A stretch of 64,000 bases of DNA. Source: Octopus vulgaris (lineage: Eukaryota). Positions 49,440-61,370 of this stretch are shown here, piece after piece. The translations under genes were made by a program, and so were the position numbers. The notes beneath the pieces are model-generated. The model was not told the origin of the DNA. It saw only the letters and a list, made by a program, of their open reading frames with translations, and made no database searches. The number at the start of each line of letters is the position of its first letter. The first letter of the stretch is position 1. The DNA lies in assembly GCA_951406725.2 (NCBI GenBank), contig OX597823.1, positions 70,742,001 to 70,806,000 of the forward strand. Reading direction: 5' to 3'.

Positions 49440-52084
49440 ACTACATAAAGCAGTTTCTACAATCAAAATGTTACTAAGCTCCACAGTCATTATAGAAGCA
49501 GATCTTTCTTATGCCATTTTCTTATTACTTCAGGAATAAGGAAATATTGCAAAGTAACGGTCTCATCTGCCATAGTTGCTTTGCTGCATCCAGACCGTAC
49601 AACAGCTCATTCAGATTTCTCCCTTTCTTTTCATTCAGTTTCTGAAACAGATACGCTTTAAAGATTTTCCCAAGCGATGCGTGGAAAGTAAGGAAATATT
49701 GTATTAGCTCAGGAGTCTAAAAAATGATCTCAACGTGTTAACATCTGATGGAACTAGGATTTTGAGAATTGCTTCTACGTTTGCTGTGTTTGGTTTACAA
49801 CCGTCTTTGTTTATAATAAAACCAAATTATTTCATTATACCATAGAATACAGTATTTGTTCTCTTTTACGTTTAAACCAAATAAATTCATTTTATGGAGA
49901 AGAGTATCCAATCGATGAGATAATATTTTATTCGTTGAACCAGTCACTATAATATCGTCTAGATAAACAGCAACTCCAGATATGTCTGCAATCATTGTAT
50001 CCATTACTTGTTGTAATATAGTTGGAGCCATTTTAATTCCGAATGGCAATCATTGATATTGATAAAGACCTCTGTGAGTATTAATTGTCATCAGTTGCTT
50101 TGAATTATCATCAATTACAGTTTGTAAGTCAGCATCAAGTAAATCGATTTTTGCGAAGAAATGACCACCACTAAGCGTACTGAAAATGTCTTCAGGAAAA
50201 GGTTGGAGGGGGTCTTCTAAGGCTTTATTTATTCGAGCAGAAAGATCTGCGCAAAGGCTAATAGAAACATTTTCTTTATTAACCACCACTATTGGTGCTG
50301 CCCAGATTGACTTGTTAAGTGGCTTTATTACGTCTAACTGTACAAGACACTAGTTATCGACCTGGGATTGAACTGCATATGGTACGGGTCTGTGAGGCCT
50401 AAATACTAGCTTTGAATCAAGCTTTAGCAACAAACTTGCTTTGTATAACTTACAATGCTCCAACAAATCTTTGAAAACTGGTGGATATTTTTCTTTCAGT
50501 AAATTAGTAAAAGAGTCAGATGATGCTATTTGGAATGAACTATTGATAGAACTGTTTGAAAGTAAGCAAATAGACTTCAATGGTTTACTACAGAAGTCGA
50601 GTTCAGTAATTCAATCTAAACCCAGTAAATCTAAGTCATGTCGGTGTGTCAGATAACAAGGTCTATTGAAAAGGTTTGAATCAAGCTCTACTTTACACTT
50701 AATCGTGCCGATAAGTTTTAAATTACCCCTTGATGCTTTGTTAACTTTTCTGTCTAAACTATCTGTTGCCTCAAAGTTTTGCGAGAAATTAACATGATGC
50801 TGTGTATAAAGGGCATATCATTTATTGAAATAATTAAATACGTGCCGTGTTTTTGAGAATCCACTTTAACAATTGATATAAATATTACAAACTTTATTTT
50901 TTGGTTTGTAAGTAGTCGAGAACCTGGGAAGATGCCCTTTGCTTTATTCCCTTCAATGATTAGGTAAGCAAAACCCTTCCTTATGATCGGACATGTGGCA
51001 TAATAGATTAATAGATACTTGTATTGCTTCTAGGGGCAAAACATTTCATATCTTCTACTGCAAACTCAGAATTGCTGAAGGGGACTTGCATTTCTTTTTT
51101 GTCAATAAGTAATGATTTAGGATTAGCTTTCATTTAATTTACTGACTTGTTGAATTTTCCCTAGTTTCAATCATCTTCGTGTGTGTTTCAAGCTTTTTAA
51201 CTTTGGCACTTTTCACTGGCTTACTATACAGTTATTTCTGGTCGTAGTTGTAATTGTGATATCAGTTTTGTATGAATGTCTGCATTCGATGAAGATTGCA
51301 GATCAGCTACGAAGATGAAAAATTTAAACTGATTATGAGTTATAGAATTCAAATTGGAACGTTCACATTAGTGAGTTAACCTGCATGGCTGACAAAATCT
51401 TCCTTCCGGGACTTGATAGTTTTAAAACAGTTATGTCTGAATGCTAATGTCTCGAGGATTCTTCAGCAGTATATAGTTAATATATTTATTGTGTTCATTA
51501 ATTCTGAATTTGGTTAATAGTAGTAATCTGACATTTGCTTGATCGTCAAGATTCGAACAGTCAACGCGAAAAATATCTTCAAAACACGTAAACTATGAAT
51601 CAAAGGTAATATCAGCAACCAGGGCGAGAATAAATTCTTTAATGGGACTTGAAGCTGCCTGACATTTATCACTTTCTGAATTGATAGATAACTTTTGAGT
51701 ACATAATTCAATAAGGTTAAACTTTACTGCCTGAAATTGTCTCATCTGACGTTCGAGAAGCGTTTCCATTTGCTCCAAAGAAATGACCATTATATCTCTT
51801 AACCCCATAGTCACTGTTGTAACTGTAATTGTAAATGAAATTTGAGCTTGAGTACTAGACTAATGAATTATAATCCCACTAGATTCTAGCGAAGAGAAAA
51901 AGAAACCGTTACTAGTTTTACTTGGATAAGAGTTGTATTATAACGATAGGCACAAACAAAACTGTCCATTAGACAAAGCCAGAGCGACAACACACACATG
52001 GAAGAGAGACTTACTTCCAGGGATGCGACAGGCTGAACGTCACGTTCACGTGCTAAAAATCTAGCTGTCGTCTTATCTCTAACA
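49440..52084 (-). mobile_element. Decayed Ty3/Gypsy LTR retrotransposon (gag-protease-RT-RNase H remnants); candidate 5' LTR 51815-52084
   Basis: PVPYA, LCAD, FAKIDL.DA.LQ, TINTHRGLYQY, PFGIKMAP, VYLDDIIVTG. The candidate LTR starts TGT and ends CA on the minus strand. Confidence 0.85.
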
Positions 52085-52515
52085 TTTATCTTGCTTCTTT
52101 ACGTTGTGATTTGAAATGCTGTCAGTGATAAATTCGCATTTCATCAAACAATAATCGATGAAACCAGTAAAATTCAACATTGGATTAAAACGAACATATC
52201 TCAACATATCAGTAAAAAAAGAAAAAAAGAAAAAAAGAAAAGAAATGAGACGCACTACAATATTTCGAAGTTTATATGTTTTAGCGATCAAGCTAATTTT
52301 TTTTTTTTATCAAAAAAGCGAAATACTGTTTAGCAACGATGCATTTTTTCAAACTCTTCATGGACCCTTACATAGGTCTATAATTTAAGCAGACGAGGAA
52401 AAATCTTCCCTTGGAAAGGAGACGACTGTATTGCAGACACCGCACTCTTTGGAAAAGAATGGAATGACTTATGTAGGGTAACTAATTACTTGTTAATTCT
52501 GAAAGTAGCAGTGAT

Positions 52516-53035
52516 AACATCATATGTATTACTTTATTGCCCACAAGGGGCTAAACATACAGGGGACAAACAAGAACAGACTAAGGGATTAAGTCGATTA
52601 CATCGACCCCAGTGCGTAACTGGTACTTAATTTATCGACCCCGAAAACATCATATGTATTACTTTATTGCCCACAAGGGGCTAAACATACAGGGGACAAA
52701 CAATAACAGACTAAGGGATTAAGTCGATTACATCGACCCCAGTGCGTAACTGGTACTTAATTTATCGACCCCGAAAACATCATATGTATTACTTTATTGC
52801 CCACAAGGGGCTAAACATACAGGGGACAAACAAGAACAGACTAAGGGATTAAGTCGATTACATCGACCCCAGTGCGTAACTGGTACTTAATTTATCGACC
52901 CCGAAAACATCATATGTATTACTTTATTGCCCACAAGGGGCTAAACATGCAGGGAACAAACAAGAACAGACTAAGGGATTAAGTCGATTACATCGACCCC
53001 AGTGCGTAACTGGTACTTAATTTGTCGACCCCGAA
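52516..53035. repeat. Four 130-bp tandem copies made of SINE B tail plus flanking DNA
   Basis: AACATCATATGTATTACTTTATTGCCCAC... starts at 52516, 52646, 52776 and 52906. Confidence 0.95.
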
Positions 53036-53141
53036 AGGATGAAAGACAAAGTCGACCTCGGCGGAATTTGAACTCTGAACGTAACGGCAGACGAATTACA
53101 GCTACGCATTTCGCCCGGCGTGCTTACGTTTCTGCCAGCTC
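52527..53141 (-). mobile_element. SINE family B with a tandemly amplified 3' part
   Basis: Head at 53036-53141. Candidate TSD GATAACAT(C/T)ATATG at ~52513 and ~53142. Confidence 0.88.
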
Positions 53142-54678
53142 GATAACATTATATGGTCATCACTCAGAACTAAATGAATTCAGTTGTCGGAAGTTTAGTG
53201 TCGTGGGCATGTAGCATACCAATCACTGACTTCTATACTCTCCATTACTCTATCAAGGTTGTTCTGAGCACGCTTTGGAATAATGAATGTCAAATAAACT
53301 CCGTCTGCTTTGAATAAGCTATTTGTTTCTTATGGACCTTCTTCCAAAGTGTCTATATCCTAAATGTATTGTTAGCGATAGAATTAATAATACTGAGTAA
53401 TCATTGTAAACAAGAGTCACGCATACTTTATCTCCTTTCAACACAATCTCATTAAGTAAGAGAGAGAAATCTTTGCAATAGAATATAATTACATTTCTTT
53501 TCCTATTTAGTTCAATTATTGAATACGCCATCTAAATTATGGACACTTACCTTTGATGGTTTCTGAAGGACACTGGACCAATGCTGTACTATCTTTGTTT
53601 CATTATTAGCTTTCCATTCAAGTTCTCTTGATTTATATTGATGATATTTAAGAGAATTGCACATCATGATTCTGTTTAATTTTCTATAATATAATTCTCT
53701 CATTGCACAACATCACGTTTGCCGAAGGTTGTTTGGTGATCGTTAAATTTATCTTATTATTTCTTAAAATAAGCTGAGCTGGTAGACTGATAATTATTCT
53801 AGCTTAGATCCATTACATCTCATTTCTGTACTAATTTGCCTCTCAAATGCATAGCTAAAATGCATGCCCTGTGTGGATTTGCGACTTCCAAATCTTGTGC
53901 CATTGTTAGAAATTATTTTTCTTACGTTGGTGCCATACAGTGAGCTAAATTGTTTTAGTAAGCTGTTCTACGAAGTCATTTTTGAATCATATTTGTACAT
54001 CGACAAGGAACAATACTGATTCCATTTTGTCCATCCTGGAGTCAATTAACAAATACGATAAATTACGAATTATCAAGCAAAAACAACAGCCATGATATAT
54101 TTAAGTGTGTTTATTTTCCTGCTATTAGAATCAATATTTTGGCACTACCTATGTTGGGGCTTCTGTTGAGTTTTTAAAATGGCAGCATCTAAAATACTTG
54201 AAATAGCAAATCAGACACTGAAAAGATTCTTATCGGATGCTCTACATCTTATAACAGCCGAACAAGTTAACAAGTGCGAGGTTTCTTACGACAATAATTG
54301 ATATCGATAACTTCCTTTTTACAGAGGCAGCGTATATAATCAATTCAGTCAAGTGGAACATGTTTAGTTTTCCTTTTTTAAAACTCGGGCGGTTTGAAGT
54401 GCAAAGTAAAATGACACTCTGAATACATCAAAGAATTTATTCCAATATCCTAGAGTACTCTGCTAACAAAAATGAAAATTAATACTATATAAATGAATAA
54501 TATATGTTACATATTTAGATATGCATATACACACATATTCCTTTCCCATACGCATACACATTTTAGCTGATTTAGATAAATATATTCAGTAATATTCCCT
54601 AATGCTCCCTATATTAACATTATCAATATTTCTAACATGCAGTTTACTTACACTTTGTATTAGAATTTTATGATTAAC

Positions 54679-55987
54679 TAGCAGAGATACCCGGCGTTGC
54701 CCGTGTTACATACAATTGAAGAATTAGACTTTTCTCTTATATTTTCTCTAATGAACTGGAATATCTATGTTTCGAATTTCATCAAAATTGCAGATGAGGG
54801 TTATTTCCCTCTTTACACACCCTAAAACATTGTAATCGTGCCACATGTATCCCATACTACTGATTTTTATACGCAGATTCCCAAAATTCTAGTCTTATAC
54901 AACCTCTTAAAAGGATTTTGCTCCTGAAAAGTGGAGGTCATGGAGCTGTAAAATGTGAGAGTTAAGGCCCCTATTGGGAGTGGGTGCATTAATGTCAACC
55001 GGAGAAGTTGAATTGTTGAGAATCTTTTTAACTTGGGTCTTATATCTATTGTTTGAAATTCTTTGAAATAGGAAATATATGTTCACTGAGTTTGTAAAAG
55101 AGAGCAAAGCTACAGGAAACCAAAAGACGAATGATCACAATAAGCAGTCAGTTACCCTACCCTAGTCGTTACCACTCCCAATGTAGGATTCCTCACCATC
55201 CAGGTGACAGGCACAGCCGTAAGATGCATTACTAATCTATAGCAATTGAAAGGGCGTGACCCAACTGAAATAAACATTAACAACTGTGTGACGTGAGGGC
55301 TAAGGAGAAATGAAAGTTGGAGTTTGCAAATGACTACTATACTGATATGTAACTGGACAGAATATATTTACAATCTATAAATGTCTTTGAATAACCATTC
55401 ACTCATTTGGGAAAGTCTTGAAATCAATGTTACCATATGGAGACTATGTGTGACCCAGTGATAATAAAAAGACTGAAAGGAGGTCTGCAACTAAATAACT
55501 TTACTCGACACTTTGCAACTGAATCAGTGGAGGCAAAGATGCCTCTCATTTACTTGACAATTTATGCACCATATTGCAGAAATCACAATGTAAGCGTATG
55601 TCAAAGCAAAGTGTTACACTGTTGTACCATTGAATTAGAAATAATGCTCAACTTTTATGCTCGGGTAACCCTACAGCTTCCAAGAGCACAACTGGTTTCG
55701 TTTTTGCTTTGATAAAATGACAAAATTGTGGGTGTTAAGTCCCCATGAGGGGTCTTTCTAACTTGTAAGAAGATGAAAGTTTATAAATATTACTTCATTT
55801 GTGTCTAATATCTATAGTTAAATTTCCTCAACAGCAAAAATATATGAATTGTCATGGGGGTTATGGCCCTTATGCATAGAATATAATTTCCAAATTTCAT
55901 AAAGATCCATTCAGTACTTTTGACTTAGTTTTGGATCATAAAAGAAATTACAAAAATTTGGCAGTTAAGGCTCCTATTAGGGTGTTT

Positions 55988-55990
<3 letters not shown>
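54679..55990 (+). mobile_element. Possible non-autonomous Helitron/Helentron-like element
   Basis: Start ACTAGCAGAGATACCCGGCGTTGCCCG and internal CCAAATTTCATAAAGATCCATTCAG motif, reminiscent of HINE/Lep1-type repeats. Confidence 0.35.
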
Positions 55991-56045
<55 letters not shown>

Positions 56046-56110
56046 GGTCCCGGGTTGAGTCGGGGTTAACCACAGTAAATAAGGTACTCAATACATAGCA
56101 GAGTAAATTA

Positions 56111-56241
56111 ATTTATTTTATAGAAGGAGCTTCTACAGGACTAGAACTGTTTCATTCAAATGAAATCATCAGGAGCTTCCTGATGATTTCATTTGAATGA
56201 AACAGTTCTAGTCCTGTAGAAGCTCCTTCTATAAAATAAAT
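56111..56241. repeat. Perfect ~64-bp-arm palindrome made of two head-to-head hammerhead pseudo-LTR copies
   Basis: ATTTATTTTATAGAAGG...ATCATCAGGA gct TCCTGATGAT...CCTTCTATAAAATAAAT. Confidence 0.92.
56171..56227 (+). ncRNA. Canonical type I hammerhead ribozyme; a second core lies on the minus strand
   Basis: AGGAGCTTC-CTGATGA-TTTCATTTGAAT-GAA-ACAG TTCTAGTC CTGT-A-GAAGCTCCT: 9-bp stem I, 4-bp stem III, GUA site. Confidence 0.88.
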
Positions 56242-56244
56242 ATA

Positions 56245-56507
56245 TATATGATATTCGGGAGTAAATCCAAACTTACAGGGAAAAATTAGATTTAGGATTA
56301 AATCTAATTTTACAGTATAAATATAAATATAAATTAAATTAGAGATAAAACCACTATTAGGCAAATCAAACAGTGAAAAACATAGACCAAAACATAGAAA
56401 TAAAATTAATTAATATAATATACAAAATATATAAAATATAAAATTCTAAAAATTTAAATTATTTAAATTCAAAGTTAAAAATTTAAAATTATTAATTTAT
56501 ATTTATA

Positions 56508-56575
<68 letters not shown>

Positions 56576-58410
56576 TTAAATTTAATTTTTTATTTATTTA
56601 ATTATATATTTATTTATTTAAAAAAAAATATATATAACTATCAAAAAGTAATAAAATGCTTAATATAAGATAAAAAGTAAAACCACTACGATCGTCTCAT
56701 GCCCATAACCTAATTCGAATAACAATAATTTAAATTCAATTAATAATTCGAATTATGGTTATAGTCAATCTTATAAACGCTGAAAAGTCGTTTTCCGATT
56801 TAAAATTTTAGTTCATCACAAAACCTTGTAAAGCTAAGTATATATTTATATTTAAGATTTAAAATTTTTTGAATTTAAATATTTTAATAAGTCTTATTGT
56901 ATAATTTTGTATTTTATATAAATACTGATTGTTATGTAATGATTTAATTATCGTAGTTTTTTTAAATATAATTATTTGTAAGACTTTACTTAGCCAAAGA
57001 GATATATAGATCGTTAATAGTAATACGAGTTCTTTTAAAGTTAGGTTTCATGTATATACATTTATTAATACCATAAATTTTAGTCTTTAATAACTATATT
57101 TGTTGATAGTTATTTTAAATATTTTATAATTGTTATTATAACTTATATATTGCTTTTTTCAATTGATAATTTGTAGTAGTATTTTTTCATTGATAAATAT
57201 TTTCGTAGTATTTATTGGATACTATATAACTACGGATTGATTATTTCATTAAGTATTTTATTATTTCATTTTAGTTCTTAACTATACGGTTTTTGTAAGT
57301 TATTAATTAGCCAATGAGATATATGGATCGGTAATTAGTTATAGCGTTCTTTTAAGATAGTTTGTTTGTTTGTTTACAATTTGCTTTTTCATCTTTAATC
57401 TTTTAATATATTTCATAAGTAATAATAAATAATTAATTTATTAGGTTTTTATTATATGTGCTTATATATTTATTGATAGAGATAATTTTAGATCTTAATT
57501 CTTATATTTATATACATTTATATATAGTCATTGATAATTTAGTTATTATTCAAATATTATATAATTGTTTGATTTGAAATTAAATTTAATAATATGAATA
57601 GTGATTATTTTTTTTGATTATCTTTTGTTAAATATTTAGGTAATTAGATATGGACTATAATCGAGATTAGATTATTTGTAGGTTTATTATGTTTTTTAAA
57701 TCCATATTATATCTGAATAGATAAATACATTTTCTATCTATTCTTACCTTAAAAATTAATATTTAACATTATAATCGATTGTATGACATAATCATAATCG
57801 TTAAAGTTTCTAGTTTGATAATAGAGGTTTTTATAAGAAAAATTATTATTTTATTTATTTCTTAAAAAAATATTGTTTAAATATATTTGATTATTTATTT
57901 AATTATTATCATTAACCTGAAGATTGATTATAACCATAATTCGAATTATTAATCGAATTTAATTTATTGTTATTCGAATTAAGTTATGGGCATGAAACGA
58001 TCGTAGTGGTTTTACTTTTTATCTTATATTAAACTTTTTAATACTTTTGATAGTTATATATATTTAATAAAAAAAATATATATATAATTAAATAAAAAAA
58101 AATTAAGAAAAATTAAAATATATATATATATAAAAATTTATAAATATAAATTAATAATTTTAAATTTTTAACTTTAAATTTAAATAATTTAAATTTTGAA
58201 TTTTATATTTTATATATTTTGTATATTATATTAATTCATTTTATTTCTATGTTTTGGTTTATGATTTTCACTGTTTGATTTGCCTTTGCCTAATAGTGGT
58301 TTTATCTCTAATTTAATTTATATTTATATTTATACTGTAAAATTAGATTTAATCCAAAATCTAATTTTCCCTGTAAGTTTGGATTTACTCCCTAATATTA
58401 TATATATATA
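56245..58410. mobile_element. ~2.2-kb non-coding AT-rich PLE-derived element with ~500-bp inverted pseudo-LTRs
   Basis: 56245-56772 is the diverged reverse complement of 57920-58410. The right arm carries a hammerhead, and both ends lie in (TA)n. Confidence 0.85.
57912..58012 (+). ncRNA. Hammerhead motif with 70-nt hairpin stem II; stem I weak
   Basis: CTGAAGA-[ATAACCATAATTCGAAT...ATTCGAATTAAGTTAT]-GAAA-CGATCG-TA. Confidence 0.65.
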
Positions 58411-58499
58411 TATATATTGCGAGAATCCCTGCTATTACTAACTATATATAAACGCTTCATACACCTGTAAATTTTGTATTACTTGACTTTCTCTCTTTC

Positions 58500-58530
<31 letters not shown>

Positions 58531-58747
58531 CTCTCTCTCTTTGAAGAAATTCTAATCGATGTACAATTTTATAACTTCTGTGTAATGGTGAATAAAGAAT
58601 ACCAATAATTTTCTTATAAATTACCGGTTTTGATATGCAATTTACTCTTTCACAAATATTTCTCAGAATGTTCTCACAAATATTTCTCAGAATAGCTTAT
58701 GCATAAGTTATTAAAAATTGAAACCCATCAGTAACGTTTTGGACACC

Positions 58748-58792
<45 letters not shown>

Positions 58793-58796
<4 letters not shown>

Positions 58797-58990
58797 ACCC
58801 GAACATGAACAAAGAGAAAACACAACAACGCGAGGACGTGGAACAAATGTAGTGTTACTGGACGCTCAGGAAAGGAAAGAAAGAAGGAGGATCTAACTTT
58901 CCGAGCGGAGCTCTTCGTCAGAAACATAGAAAAAAGGAAAAGTCTAAGGAAGGGAAAACGTAAAAGAAAATCGCCAACGATACACACGCG
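58793..58990 (-). mobile_element. Solo pseudo-LTR related to the 24560-24740 PLE end, with degenerate hammerhead
   Basis: Minus strand TGTTT-CTGACGA-AGAGCTCCGCTC-GGAAAGTTA...TTTCCTGAGCG. Ends in (TA)n. Confidence 0.8.
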
Positions 58991-59164
58991 GCATACATAT
59001 ATATCTGTTGACAGTTATTTTTAATACTATTCTCGCTGTATTGCATCTTCGTTTCTTTTTTGCATCTGTATAAATGAAGATATTTCCTTCGTTTTGCTGC
59101 TTTTCTTTCTACGAAATGAAAAGATACATTACAGAACTGTTATTTTAACGAGTTGTATCTATTT

Positions 59165-59274
59165 ATCATCCGATGAGACACATCTGCACCGCCGGATGCT
59201 CTCGAACCAGTTAAGATTAAGCGTCCCAACCGTGAGGGATAGATGCTAGATGTGTCGAAAACAATTGTCATGAT
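59165..59274 (+). ncRNA. Hammerhead variant (CCGAUGA core) with 80-nt stem II region
   Basis: ATCAT-CCGATGA-GACACATCT[...]AGATGTGTC-GAAA-ACAATTGT-C-ATGAT. The unit ends in (TA)n at ~59319. Confidence 0.75.
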
Positions 59275-59316
59275 TAATAAAAATTCTCGTATATTCCATC
59301 TTCCGTCTTTCATTTT

Positions 59317-59373
<57 letters not shown>

Positions 59374-59374
<1 letters not shown>

Positions 59375-60216
59375 GAGGTTTGATCAATAAGTATCCGGAC
59401 AGTTCCAATAGTAACGGAGATAAAGCACGCAGAGTAAAGCTGCAGAGACTGCAGTGCATGAGCACTAAGTTTTAGCGTTCTAGCTCACTTCCGCTATTTA
59501 CTGCAGTGCTTGGAAGTAACGTGCGTAGTGTGTGATCGTCGCATTGACCATGGCAGAGAAAGTTGTAATAGCGATGCCTACTCTGAGGCCTACACAAAGT
59601 TGCAGAAAGTTTATGGAGAGAGTTCATGAACCGCACACAAATGTACGAGTGGTTCAGATGGTTGATATTGACGAACCTTCTGGGAAACCCGTAACCTGCA
59701 GAAGTAGGAAAAATATCGCAGATGTGCATGCAGCTGTGAAGGGAAATCATCGAATCACCATCTGTGAGTTATCTGAGGATCTGCAGATTAGCTACGGTTC
59801 AGTTCAGTCCATTATCACTGGAGATTTGGGTATGAGATGCGTGTCTGCCATGTTTGTGCCAAAGCTGCTTTCAGCTAACCAAAACCACTCGGGTTCAAGT
59901 TGTACAAGATTTCCTTAATTGTGTCAAGAACGATTAAAACATTTTGAAAACTTTGCATAGGCCTCTGAGCAGGTATCGCCAAGCATTTGGCAAAATTTGA
60001 TGCAGATTCTCTGCTCAACTTTGTCATGGTCAGTGCGGCGATCACACACTACACACCTTCCTTCTAAGCACTGCTGCAAACAGCGGAAGTGAGCTGGAAC
60101 GTTGAAATTTAGTGCGCATGCACAGCAGTGTCTACGATCAATCTGTACCAAGCGGCTTCACTCCGTGTGCTTTAGCTTCGTTGCTATAGCAACAGTCCGG
60201 ATAGCTATTGATCAGG
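59374..60216 (+). mobile_element. Non-autonomous mariner-derived element with long TIRs, same family as 41252-42081
   Basis: GAGGTTTGATCAATAAGTATCCGGAC terminus. ITICELSEDLQISYGSVQSIITGDLGMRCVSAMFVPKLL, and inverted EQRICIKFCQMLGDT. Confidence 0.88.
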
Positions 60217-60219
60217 TGA

Positions 60220-60276
<57 letters not shown>

Positions 60277-60999
60277 TATGATGTATTTGTGTGTGAATAT
60301 ATACGTGCGTGTTTGTATGTATGTATGTATGTATGTATGTATGTATATATGTATGAATATGTGTGTGTATCTATCTGTTTTTCTGTATGTACATTCTGTG
60401 TGTACATATGATTGTGCGTATATATTTAAGCTAGAAACCGCGAATGGAGAATCCCATTATTGATATAGAAATTTTCGCTGTACTTCGAATCGATTGTATT
60501 TGGAGAATACGGATCAGTTTGCTTTCTTCATTGTAGGCTTTTACGCAAGTCTAGTGTTACATAGCCCAGTGCACCTAAGGTAATGGGAACAACTGTAAAT
60601 CTATAGCCTGGATATTAGTTCTCCAAAAATGTTTTCCTCTCCACCAATCTTTGAGAATCACATCCGCCGGACAGCTGATCTCTACAACAGCGCATGACTT
60701 TTGTTCCTTGTTCCATAGAACAATATCTGACCTATTGCTACGACACTGATACGTATGTATGTATGTATGTATGTATGTATGTATGTATGTATGTATGTAT
60801 GTATGTATGTATGTATGTATGTATGTATGTATGTACGTACGTATGTATGTGTGTATGTGTGTACGAATATATGTGTATGCAGGTTTGTGTGTATGTATTT
60901 CTGTGTGTGTATATGTATGTACGTATATATATATAAGTATGTATGTATACTCTGTTTATATATATATATATACTTTATTTAAAAGCAGCAGAAATATAA

Positions 61000-61040
61000 C
61001 AAAAGCTGTTGCTCAGAGTTTCACGTTCGTCGGACAGTTT
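61000..61040 (-). ncRNA. Degenerate minimal hammerhead variant
   Basis: Minus strand CTGT-CCGACGA-ACGT-GAAA-CTCTGAG-CA-ACAG. Confidence 0.5.
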
Positions 61041-61157
61041 TGTTAAAATAGAACCGAAATAACAATTTGATCAAAACTAGTTAAAGGATACACCTTTAAC
61101 TAGTTTTGATCAAATTGTTATTTCGGTTCTATTTTAACAAAACTGTCCCACGAACGG
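61024..61157. repeat. Near-perfect ~60-bp-arm palindrome (inverted pseudo-LTR)
   Basis: GGACAGTTTTGTTAAAATAG...ACTAGTTAAAGG ataca CCTTTAACTAGT...CTATTTTAACAAAACTGTCC. Confidence 0.92.
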
Positions 61158-61171
61158 GACAATATATATAT

Positions 61172-61366
61172 ATCGCCATGATAGATCGCTAGCCGCTACA
61201 GAATCTTTATTTTTCTCTCCTTGTTTCTTTCTGTGTTCCTTTCTGTGGAAGAGCGTAGGCTCGAAACGTTAAAGACTTTTTCACTTCCCGAGCGTTATAC
61301 TAATACATCTGTTTGTTGTCTACACCACCTTTCTTCGTCTTTTTGTTTTTTTTTGTGAATTCTCCC

Positions 61367-61370
<4 letters not shown>
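61172..61370 (+). mobile_element. Solo Neptune-type pseudo-LTR with hammerhead variant (CUGUGGA core at 61243)
   Basis: Homologous to 14243-14449 and 30681-30866, flanked by (TA)n. Confidence 0.85.

Noticed and set aside
52516-53035. CRISPR-like regular array
   Set aside because: Whole units are identical with no unique spacers. They are SINE-derived, in eukaryotic context.
53300-54300. Possible decayed DNA transposase on the minus strand
   Set aside because: Too degraded to identify by eye.
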